Below are positions 54,258 through 64,000 of a stretch of 64,000 bases of DNA, piece after piece; position 1 is the stretch's first letter; each line of letters begins with the position of its first letter. The notes under the pieces were generated by a model. The model was not told the origin of the DNA, searched no databases, and saw nothing but the letters and a program-made list of their open reading frames with translations. Made by a program: the position numbers and the translations under genes. The DNA is from Sphyrna mokarran (taxonomy: Eukaryota). The stretch is from assembly GCA_024679065.1 (NCBI GenBank), contig JAGIQG010000040.1, positions 7,502,001-7,566,000 of the forward strand, written 5' to 3'.

Positions 54258-54640
54258 CTACGGACAGGATTGAAAGCTGTCAGTTAGAACAAGTGAAACG
54301 TTAACCAATGTAGGTTTACCGTAGGATTTATTTATACTTCTGATTAAATTCGTTTTGCGGGACGGATGTCCCACTAAACAGGAGTAGCTGTTGCCACTAT
54401 TCCAATCCTCCGCGGTGACTTTCAACGTGCTGGTAATAGAAAAGGATCCATTCCCCGTCTCACTCTCCGGTTGGCTCGGGTAACCCGAATCCAACAACGT
54501 GTCATTGACCATCCAACCGACGTAAATATCAGCGGGATAAAAACCTGTAGCCAGACACACCAGGGTAGCTGTCTTCTCATTGCTAACCTCTTCCACTGAT
54601 GGAGGCAGAAGGTAGACTCTAGGAGGATGCATTTCACCAA
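54258..54640 (-). CDS. Last Ig constant exon (IgNAR C5 / IgW CH6 homolog) plus secretory tailpiece GKPTLVNVSLVLTDSFQSCP*
   Basis: Acceptor TTTACAG at 54641; open to TAG at 54258. Internal membrane-form donor TAC G|GTAAA at 54320/54319. Tailpiece has an N-V-S sequon and penultimate Cys. The tail looks more IgW-like than IgNAR-like from memory. Confidence 0.93.
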
Positions 54641-55024
54641 CTGTAAAGAGGATAATATTTGTTAAAGTATTTATATTCTCCAGTCTTCACAACATATTTC
54701 TGACTGTTATAAGTAGCATTTATGTAGAACGGCATTGGTGTCTCCTATCTGAGAAAGATTAGATAATATTTTACTTGGCTAATTGTCAATTTAATGTTCC
54801 AGGCTTTTGTCGAGGTCCCATTTTGATAAAATGATATGCAGAAAATAATATTCTTAAAAATGCAGCGGGGCTGAAGGAATAAACCATTTCCGTAGTATTC
54901 ATATGGGTCATGCCAGACTTCATATTTGTGGATGTTATGGTACAAGTATGTGATATAGAAACGAGGTCATTTGTGTAAGCTTTATCACCAGATCAGTGTC
55001 TGAATAAATATTATCATTGCTTAC

Positions 55025-55345
55025 TGTTTAGTTTCCTGATGTACTTTTTCTCTGCTGTTGGTAATTCTCTGCTTTCTACGATGCAGGCATATTCCACCCC
55101 ACTGTCCCACTCTGCTGCGGTGACTTCCAGTTTGCTCACGATACGAGATTCATTGTTAGTCAATTCCGGATCCTCAGTCTCCACTCCTTCCGTTCTCTCA
55201 TTCCCATTCGCTTGCCAGGACACTCTGACATTTTCTGAATCGCTGTAAGTTATCTCACAGACAATGGTCGCTGTCTGCTGTGTCCAAATCTCTTCAAAGG
55301 AAGGTTTTAGTATTTTGACGGAAATTTTACTCTCAGGGCAATGGC
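55025..55345 (-). CDS. Ig heavy-chain constant exon, IgW/IgNAR family (homologous to IgNAR C4 / IgW CH5)
   Basis: Acceptor TTTTCAG|G, donor A|GTAAG, 321 nt, phase 1-1. GHCPESKISVKILKPSFEEIWTQQTATIVCEITYSDSENVRVSW...EWDSGVEYACIVES; carries an extra N-terminal Cys as in IgNAR C4. Confidence 0.92.
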
Positions 55346-56223
55346 CTGAAAAGAATAAGGAATGCTTATTTCAATTTGTCATTGCAAAATCAAGGATATG
55401 TCGAAAATAAAGCACCTATTTGAATGGTTTAGGGAATAGTTGCAATTGCAAAATGTTCATCTTTTGGTAGTGGAATCGAGTCTTCGGAGCAAAAGTAAAT
55501 GTGTTAATGTAATTGCTGAATCAATAAAATTAATTACTTGCTAAAATGAAACAAAGATCGGGCGACAGCACTGCGATACCTAGCTGTTCTCAATAGCAGA
55601 AATGTTCTATGCAGAAACGGGTTTAAATTTAACAATGAAACTTTCGCCTAAGTACTCTAACATAAGGACAATGATTCATTCCTTATATTTCTTGGGACAT
55701 TTAATGAGACTTTAAAAATACTTACGTGTGTTGTTACTCCTGGGAAGACTTCCCCGAGGAAAATTACCCTCACTAGTCATTTTCAGCGAATCAGCAGATA
55801 ACGTTCGCATCGCTGTGAGGGCAGTAGGGCCCGGCCCATTCCGGCTGTCACACCTCAGCCTTTCTTTCCCAAATCAGTAAGGGTAACAAAAATATTGCAG
55901 CAGATAATGTGAACAACTCTGTCTCTGGTTGCTGTATGCAATTGTTTGATTACAATCGCCAGGTAACGGTGCCGTGAAGGGAGACAAATAATTTTCGTTC
56001 CTACGTTATGCCATTGGGTTCTGACTAAGTTGAAGCAACACGTACGCTGAGAATTAATCATTTTGAATTCAGCTAACTTCTGCCGAGTTAAGAATATATA
56101 AACTGACTTTCATACGTATTGTATTACTGAAACCTAGAGGGATTTAATGATTGCTTGATGATGCATGCAGATTTAAACATCAAGCGCTGACTTTGTGTAT
56201 GTATTCTGAGAAACTATCCTTAC

Positions 56224-56541
56224 CTTTTGAGTAGCTGATAGTTCTCGTTTGATTGGATTCTGAAGGTGGATGGAAGGCAGTACAGGTATATTTTGCTCCA
56301 CTCTCCCATTCCACTTCAGGTACAATGAGTTCGCTACTTGTGCTAAAAGTCCCGTCTTGTTCCCGAGCCGATTGGGAGGTGACGATATTTGAGGTCAAAT
56401 CAATGCCGTTCTTCTTCCAAGAAATGGTTAAATCGTCCGGGTAGTATCCTTTTATCAAACATATGAGAATAGCATCTCTGGAATTTTCTACCTCGTCTGG
56501 TGATGGAGGCAGGAGGCCCAGAGCGAGTTCCATCGGCTTGC
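56224..56541 (-). CDS. Ig heavy-chain constant exon, IgW/IgNAR family (homologous to IgNAR C3 / IgW CH4)
   Basis: Acceptor TACAG|G, donor AAG|GTAAG, 318 nt, phase 1-1. GKPMELALGLLPPSPDEV...LICLIKGYYPDDLTISW...GAKYTCTAFHPPS: C1-set Cys-Trp-Cys intact. Confidence 0.92.
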
Positions 56542-56604
56542 CTGTAATAGAAGACCAAATGAGTTAGCCTTCCCACCATAGAAAACAAAATGATATATGT
56601 TTAC

Positions 56605-57401
56605 CAGCTTTTATCTTTCCTGTCCTTTTTGATACCGGAGACGATGATTGACCCTGCTGAACAGAACAGAACTCAATCCTGTCTTCCCACATTTCCATGC
56701 TGCTTGCTAATCGGTTGATAGAGTCGTAGAGTTTTACATCACAGAAGCAGGCCCTTCGGCCCAACGTGTCCATATTCGCACTTGGTCCATATCCTGGATA
56801 GCCATCTTACTCATGTTAAATATCTAAACTGTTTCTAAAAGGCAAAATTGTACCTGCCTCTACTACTACTTCTGGCAGCTTGTTCCAGACATTCACCACC
56901 CTCTGTGTGTAAAATTGCCCCTTTGGACACTTCTGTATCTCTCCCCTGTGAGCAGAAATCTATGCCCTCTAGCTTTAGACTCTGCTACCTTTGGGAAAAG
57001 ATGTTAATTATCTGGCTGATCTATGTCACTTATTATTTCACAGACCTCTGTAATAAGATCACCCCTAAGTCTTTTCGTCTCCAGAGGAAAAAAGTTCCTG
57101 TCTATCCAGCTTCTCTTTATAACTTAAACCATCAAATCCTGGTAGCATCCTGGCAAATCTCTTCTACACTCTTTCTAGTTCAATAACTTCCTATAATAAG
57201 GTGACAAGAACTGATGGTCAGATATTGATTTCCATCCTGTCTAGTGCTGTTGGTTCGAACTGCTTCAGTCCTTTTCTTTCCAACCACTTTCTAAGTGATT
57301 ACAACCTCAGTAAAAAGTACAGAAACTACTTCATACACAGGTGGCAATTTTATTGATTCGCGCTTCATCAACCGAAGGATCTATTAGAAACACAGCGAGC
57401 T
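56605..57401 (-). pseudogene. Disabled Ig constant exon (IgNAR C2 / IgW CH3 homolog) split by a CR1 insertion
   Basis: 5' half 57401..57212: ELAVFLIDPSVDEARINKIAT/(frameshift)/EVVSVLFTEVVIT*KVVGKKRTEAVRTNSTRQDGNQYLTI. 3' half 56719..56605: INRLASSMEMWEDRIEFCSVQQGQSSSPVSKRTGKIKA. TAG at 57291..57293 replaces the core Trp; acceptor (GACAG) and donor (GTAAAC) are still visible. Confidence 0.88.
56720..57211 (-). mobile_element. 5'-truncated CR1 inserted into the dead Ig exon
   Basis: CR1 ORF2 C-terminus and 3' UTR; TGAT at 56716..56719 and 57212..57215 is a candidate 4-bp target-site duplication. Confidence 0.88.
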
Positions 57402-57609
57402 CTGTCAGTGAGAAACCATAGAGCCAGAACCGTGGCAATGCTTTCACAATGACCAAACTGAACGTTTAGAAAGAATTTTAATACAAGTGATAGGATATTG
57501 AGGTGACATTGTGTTACTCGACGGTAATCACAAAAATCTTCCATTTTTCTTCAAGGTGCGTTTAGTTGCATCACAAAATTTTATAAATATTTCAACTTCA
57601 CAAAGAAAA

Positions 57610-57895
57610 GAAAGACGTTTATTCATTCATTATTAAACACTCCAATGAAGTGACATGAAAATCCCTTAGTCGACACACTCCGCCGCTTGTTCAGACATAC
57701 TGAGAGAGAAATTAGAATAGCCCATGCTCTAACCAGTATATCTTTCGGACAGTTGGACGAAACTGGAGAATCTGAAGAAACCTACGCAGATGAGTGAGAA
57801 AACATGCAGACTCGGCACAGACAAATACCCAAGCCCCCGGAATTGAACTGGGTCCTTGACATTGTGGGGCAGCAGTGCTAACTGTTGTGCTGCCG
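57610..57895 (-). mobile_element. tRNA-derived SINE
   Basis: GGCAGCACAACAGTTAGCACTGCTGCC head on -. Confidence 0.7.
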
Positions 57896-58282
57896 ATGAG
57901 GGAAAGGAAGAGAACGAACAAAAGAGAGAAAGAAATAAAGACGGGAATGGCTGTTACACCGAGAGTGTAAGCCAGAAAGAGATGCTAATGGCGATGGGCA
58001 GGCAAAGAAAGAAAGATTCGGGGGGTTGGGGTGGGGGGGATGCAGAAGGAGGTGGATACAGATCGAAATAGTGAAAAAACGGCATTGCTGAAAAAGAAAC
58101 ATAGTGTTGGCAAATTTCATCAGTTCTATCACAAGGATACCAATTAACGGACAAAACAACAAATATATGAGAAGAGCCTGCTGATTGTTTGGCACCTGGA
58201 CTTCAATCGTCGGAAGTGCTCCAATGAGAATTCAGCAGGTGATGCTGATTAAATGCCAAGCATTGTTTCAAACTTGAATCAA

Positions 58283-58350
58283 GTAGATAGATAGATAGAT
58301 AGACAAACAGACAGACAGAAAAAGACAGAGACAGAGTCAGAGACAGAGAC
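58283..58350. repeat. (GATA)n(GACA)n microsatellite
   Basis: Directly visible. Confidence 0.85.
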
Positions 58351-58359
58351 ATAGGGAGG

Positions 58360-58954
58360 TAGAACATAGAACATTACAGCACAGAACAGGCCCTTCGGCC
58401 TTCGATGTTGCGCCGACCAATATAAAAAGCAATGACCCTCCAAACTAAACCATTCCCTTCTCTTCCATATACTTATCAACTAACCTCTTAAACGCCACCA
58501 AACTTGGCGCATCTACAACTGCTGCAGGCAGGGCATTCCACTCCCGAACCACCCTTTGGGTAAAGAACCTACCTCTGATATCCGTCCTATAACTATCACC
58601 CCTTAATTTAAAGCTGTGTCCCCTCGTGCTAGCTTTCTCCATCCTAGGAAAAAGGCTATCACTGTCCACCCTATCTAAACCTCTAATCATCTTATATGTT
58701 TCGATAAGGTCTCCTCTTAGCCGCCTCCTTTCTAACGAAAACAACCTCAAATCCCTCAGCCTCTCTTCATAAGACCTGCCCTCCATACCAGGCAACATCC
58801 TGGTAAACCTCCTCTGTACCCTCTCCAATGCCTCCACATCTTTCTTATAATGTGGGGACCAGAACTGCACACAATACTCCAAATGCAGCCGCACTAGAGT
58901 TTTGTACAGTTGCAACATGACGTTGCGGCTCCGAAATCAATCCCCCTACCAATA
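58360..58954 (-). mobile_element. Young 5'-truncated CR1
   Basis: ORF 58445..58918. Confidence 0.95.
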
Positions 58955-60057
58955 GAGGGAGAGAGATGGAGACATTTAGAATCAGAGAAAAAGTGATGCA
59001 GAAGGAAAGGGAAGAATGTAACGAGAAGAATGATATAGGTCACAAGGACAAAGGGAGAGCATGACAGATGGGAAGAGAAAGGCGACCAACAAGAGGAAAA
59101 ACAAAGGGAGAAGGGCAGAGAGACAAAAAACAGATGCAACGAGGGCAAGATATGGTCCTTCGTTTTCACAACAGAGTGCGAAATGAGGAGTTAAAGCGAT
59201 GACAAAAAAGAGATAGAGAGGGATAGTAATGTACAGCCTGAGAGTGATAGACAAACATCAACATAGACAGAGCGGGTGATAAAGAATTTTTGAGGCAGAA
59301 TCAATGATTTCAATAGCAGAGAGTGTGATTGGATCATCATGCCTAATGGGTCTTTTAATGACCCAACCAAATAGAAATGTTTCCCTTCCCATCTGCTAAC
59401 TGGCCACAGTTGACAATTCTCCCCGGCCCTGTACCGTCTTTCTGAAGCGACCTATAGCGCCAAAACAAAAAAAAAACTTTAGATCCAATGATCATTTCCC
59501 TCTACTTATTCTCCTACTGACACGAATTCCACTTGTCCATTTCCTTTATCAAGTAGATCCAGCTGTGCTTAATCACTTGATGGACTGGAAACTTGCTGCA
59601 CAACTGGGTATTGTACAATCATGGCCATAAAAAGTTTCATCGGCTGAAAAGCAAATAACGAAACTGTTGTTTCATGTTTATTCGAAAAAAGCTCAACAAG
59701 AGTAAAGGCCAGTTCGTGTCAATGCAATAACTGGATAGCTGTAACAATATTTACTAAAATTCCGTGCCATCACATAATAACGTGCTTGGTACAATTTGCT
59801 CGTGACTTAAATAAGCATGCAAATATAATAATCGTTCCAAAGGGCCTTGGAATGCGTTATAAGTCAGAGCGACTGATGGCTGTAAATGCGCTAAAAGGCA
59901 AAATCATCTAAACATTTTACGTATATATGGAACGGAATGTCGGCAGGGTTGAGTTGGATTTGTGAAGGGAATGAGAGGGTAACTCAAGGATTATCAAAAT
60001 CAAAGAAAACAAGTAATATGTGTCCAGCTGTAATTAAATATGTATATATTTTGTGGA

Positions 60058-60360
60058 TGGCATGGTGGCACAGTGGTTAGGACTGCTACCTTATAGAATC
60101 AGGGTTCCATTCCGGCATCTGTCTGTATGCAGTTTGCAAGTTCTCAATGTGTCTGCGTGGTCTTCCTCCGGGTGCTCCGGTTTCCTCCCACTGTCTAAAA
60201 ATGTGCGGGTTAGTTGATTGGCCATGCTAAATTGACCCTGGTGTCAGGGGGATTAGCAGACTAAACATGTGGGGTTGTGAGAAAAGGTATTGTATCGATT
60301 TGCTATTGTTGCAGATTTGAAGGGCCGAATGGCCTCCTCATGCACTGTAGGGATTTTATG
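60058..60360 (+). mobile_element. HE1/V-SINE-like SINE
   Basis: GGCATGGTGGCACAGTGGTTAG head, core, and GGGCCGAATGGCCTCC tail. Confidence 0.82.
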
Positions 60361-60662
60361 AAATTGTGGATGCTGAAAAAAAATCAACTCTTTGTGACAA
60401 TTAAAGGGACGGTCATGAAATAACTACCGAGAAACAAGCACATGTATTAGCAGGCAGATAGGTAATGGATTCACAATTCTTGGTTAACATTATTCTGTGA
60501 ATATTCCTCACTGATATATCAATGACTTTGTTTTACTCATTGTTTCCTGCATGAGGATGCAAAGAATTCGATTTACTGCAGAAATCATCTTTGGCCATTT
60601 CAGGGTATAACAGTAAATGCTAGTCAATCAAGTAGAGCATAAAGGGACTAATACCTATTTAC

Positions 60663-60718
60663 CTGAACAGATTAAAGCAATGAACACTAAAAACAGGAGA
60701 GTCGTACCATTTTAGCAT
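60663..60718 (-). other. Leader (signal-peptide)-like exon with one extra base
   Basis: ATG CTA AA[A]T GGT ACG ACT CTC CTG TTT TTA GTG TTC ATT GCT TTA ATC TGT TCA G|GTAAAT. Removing one A from the A4 run gives MLNGTTLLFLVFIALICS + phase-1 donor. Confidence 0.4.
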
Positions 60719-62201
60719 TGTGCAAAGTGAAGAACATGAGTTGATTTGGGAGAATTTCCAATGATTGCACAATGACCATGGGGGAATTGGATTGGAACCA
60801 ATAGAGTTCTTTTGCTGCAGGAGTTCCTGGATCGATAAAACAAGTTTCATTTCAATAACTGACTCTTCTATCTTTGTGACGAAACATTGACTGTCCACAA
60901 TATTTCCACGCTTTAACATTCCCCTTAAAATAGGGAGTTCCTCTCGCGTTACTAAGGAGTTCCACGGAAGAAAATATTTTAAATTTCATGTCATCAACCA
61001 TTCTGGTGAGAGGGACTATCATCTGGTAAGCTTTGGCGTGTGTTGTCTACAACTGATAACACGCAGTACAGTTTGAGTATATTTGATGGGGGGTGGTCTT
61101 AATCGGACACGATTTAGAGATTTTACCTTACTTTATAGTTTGTGATTAGTGGTCTGTGCTGGCTGTGAACCTAGTACAAAACAAAAGCAATCTCACTGCA
61201 ACAATTTAGCCTTCCTCAACAAAAATTGAAACCTGCACTGAATCAAGGTGACATGTTGCCGTGAGGCAGCCATGGCGTTACCAAGCAGGTGGCTTGAATT
61301 GTGCGAACAGAGTAACGTAACTTGAAGAATGAAATTAGTTTTATAGAGCCAAAATAATGTTGGATTCCATGAAGATATACCACGAAACTAAGATACATGT
61401 GATCGTCAATAGGGATGCTTATTATGATGTGGCATTTACAGTAATTTGTGCAAAAAGCACACTTCGTCCAAAAACAAATTTGGCATTTCAGGGCCAGTGA
61501 AGATGTTGAGCAGTTAGTATTTTGTCATTATGCCTCAAAAGCATACAGTTCACGTCCTTCATCAAGAAAAGAAATCATGATATTTCGATGCCACAATTAC
61601 TGTGTATTTATTTTTCAATTCACATTGCTGCTTAGAGTAATATGTACAGAGCACTCTACGGACTATCTGACAGCATTTTATATATTTTCATATTCCTCTG
61701 TACAAGTTCAAATATCTATCCTTGAAGTGAATGCTGATACTTGCGCCGTCACTAACAGGCAAAATCCTCCTTATTTTGTAACAGTCCAAGTCGCTTATTC
61801 CCAACTCCTAAAATTTTCCACAAACCAACAGCACTAACCATTAACCTGCCCAAAACAAGCGATAACATGACAACTGGATAGCAACCAAGAAATGATTCTT
61901 CCACTTTGCTACAGTTTCCTCCTCTTTTTGCTGTCAGTTAATGTGATCTAAAATCAGGAGCTAAGATACTAAGCAAACTATTTATTCCAGCAAATTAAGC
62001 AAATGTGCAGTAACAAGTATACTCAATGCGTCAAAGATTTAATTATTCACCCCGAAGCAATAAACAAAGAGCCGTCTGCTGACTTCATTCCCACTTTAAA
62101 TGGAACTCCACTGTTGGCCCTGAAATCACTAGTTTCGAATTCCGCTGCTGCTCCATACACGATTGCACACAAATTGCTGATCAACAATACTCCAACAGAC
62201 C

Positions 62202-62720
62202 CCAGTTCTGGTCGCCTCATTATAGGAAGGATGGAGAAGCTATTGAGAGAGTCCAGAGGAGATTTACAAGGATGCTGCCTGGATTGGGAGGCAGGCCTTA
62301 TGAAGATAGGTTGAGGGAGCTGGGACTCTTCTCACTGGAGCGACGCAGGTTGAGAGGCGACCTGATAGAGGTTTCTAAAATGTTGAGAGGGATAGATAGG
62401 GTGGACTCTCAGAGACTATTTCCCCGAGCTGAAATGGTCACTACGAGAGGACACAGATTTAAAGTGCAGGGAAGCAAATACAAAGGAGATGTCAGAGGTA
62501 GGTTTTTCACTCAGAGGATTGTGAGTGAATGGAACCGACTGCCGTCGGAGGTTGTTGAGGAAAACTCACTGGGGTCTTTTAAGAGACTTCTGGATGAGTA
62601 TATGGAAATGAGTAGGATAGGGGGTTATAGATAGGTCTGTAGATTGGTCGATGTGATCGGCGCAACTCGTGGGCCGAAGGGCCTGTTTTTATGCTGTATT
62701 GTTCTATGTTCTATGTTCTA
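62202..62720 (+). mobile_element. CR1 3' fragment
   Basis: ORF 62272..62634 and (TTCTATG)n tail. Confidence 0.92.
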
Positions 62721-63629
62721 ACGTATGTCTGCAAGATTTGATTCCATTTAGATAAAAAAAACAGCTGAATTGCAGTGAAATGAGCTCTGTGTGCAATGGG
62801 CCGTAAACAAATCTCTAGGCGGTTTTGCATTTCATCCAAGTGACTTTGCACTGAAGTTCACAGAATAACTGTTCAAACAATTCCTGGAAACTCGAATACT
62901 TTCCGTACAATGTTTATCGTGTTCGAAATTGAAAAATATATCAAAACAATATTACATAAGAGGTGGATAATAAAAGCTTCTCAATGTATAACAGTGTCCC
63001 TATATGTCAGCGACCTTTCACCCTACTCAAGAAGAGCAATTTAATCCCCAATCGGTCCTTCAGTAGCTCACAGTTACATGTCCATCGTTAATGTCGAAAA
63101 TCCAATGAGCAAAACATTTGAAGACAACATGTTTGCATTAATTTAACAGGCATTGTTTTAGCATTTTGAGTGGTGCTTTTCTAGCGACATGAAATTCGCC
63201 GTCAACATTTTATGTAATTAACGCTGTTTGCATGAAACTTGCCTTACCCGATCCTTGTATTAATTCCATGAATTACAATCACTCTATATCAATGACATCC
63301 GCAACACCTCAGTAATGACAACTTTGCCGATCTAGTTCCGTTCTAAAGGTATAAGCTTCACAATCTGTTCAAATGATTATCTTGAATTATCTATGTCAGT
63401 TATGTTGCATATTTGAATGCAGCGGTGTACAAAGATAAGTTACGTGTCCAAATTCATTTACATTTTCTCCCCTAAACAACACTAAACAAATATTCTAATT
63501 TAAAATATAGTAAATTGCTAGCTCATCTGAGTGACCATAACAAACTGATTCGAACATCGCTTTACGCAATTCATACCATGTCTTCGAAAAAAATAATCAT
63601 TAACAATCTTGTGCGGATAACACAATTTC

Positions 63630-63990
63630 ATTTTTTCTGTTTGTGAAGTAGCTTGGTATGGCTTCTGCTCTGTTCAAGACCGCAAGAAACTGCAAAAAGT
63701 CGTGAATGTGGCCCAATCCATCACTTAAACCAACTTCCCATCCTTTGACTCTAACCACAATTCCCGCTGCCTCCGCAAAGCAACCAGCATAATTAACAAC
63801 CGCACACACAGGAAGCATACTCTCTTCCGCCTTCTTCCGTCGGGAAAAAGAGACAGAAATCTGAAGTCATGTTCCAACCGACTCAAGAACAGTTTCTTTC
63901 CTGTTGAATGGATCTACTTTATATTCAGATGATCTTTGACTGCATCCGATCTATGGCTGTTACACTACATTCTACACTCTCTCGTTTCCT
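63630..63990 (+). mobile_element. Rex1/Babar-like LINE 3' fragment
   Basis: + frame 'AWYGFCSVQDRKKLQKVVNVAQSI...LFRLLPSGKR...RLKNSFFP'. Confidence 0.7.
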
Positions 63991-64000
63991 TGTCTATCAA

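Noticed and set aside
54258-56541. Firm IgNAR (or IgM) assignment and a gene symbol
   Set aside because: IgW and IgNAR share these domains. The tailpiece looks more IgW-like from memory, but a phylogeny is needed, so no symbol is given.
57878-59254. Hydrophobic ORFs (57878..58195, 58894..59169, 58982..59254) as membrane proteins
   Set aside because: Translations of purine/pyrimidine-biased low-complexity sequence.
60659-60919. 86-aa minus-strand ORF as an Ig exon
   Set aside because: No Ig motif; only a different frame at its 3' end looks leader-like (reported separately).
57402-64000. V, D, J segments, recombination signal sequences, CH1 or CH2
   Set aside because: No Ig-fold frame or heptamer-spacer-nonamer found by eye; the CACAGTG at ~60070 belongs to a SINE head. 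Highly decayed exons could have been missed.

Overview
Vertebrate genomic DNA, almost certainly from a shark (cartilaginous fish): it is dense with CR1 LINEs and HE1/V-SINE-type SINEs, and carries a Penelope-like element and an IgW/IgNAR-type gene. Two host genes face each other. (1) A two-exon, apparently intact GPR139/142-like class A GPCR on + (10651..10720, 15522..16432; 326 aa). (2) The 3' part of an immunoglobulin heavy-chain locus of the IgW/IgNAR family on -: three intact constant exons, a secretory tailpiece with poly(A) signal, a TM1 exon (42409..42575) and a candidate TM2 exon with a long cytoplasmic tail. The most notable feature is the constant exon just upstream of these. It is dead (frameshift at the first Cys, Trp->stop, codon loss, 0.5-kb CR1 insertion), while all downstream exons are clean. 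No V/D/J, CH1 or CH2 is recognisable in the remaining 6.6 kb, but a leader-like exon one base out of frame lies at 60663..60718. This raises the possibility of a domain-deleted or V-less, constant-only IgW-derived molecule with secreted and membrane forms. Between the two genes lies a decayed multi-isoacceptor tRNA cluster. Other oddities are a CR1 family with a SINE captured in its 3' UTR, and a 1.9-kb inverted LINE pair inside the secretory-to-TM intron. Family assignments rest on remembered motifs, not database searches, and repeat boundaries are approximate.
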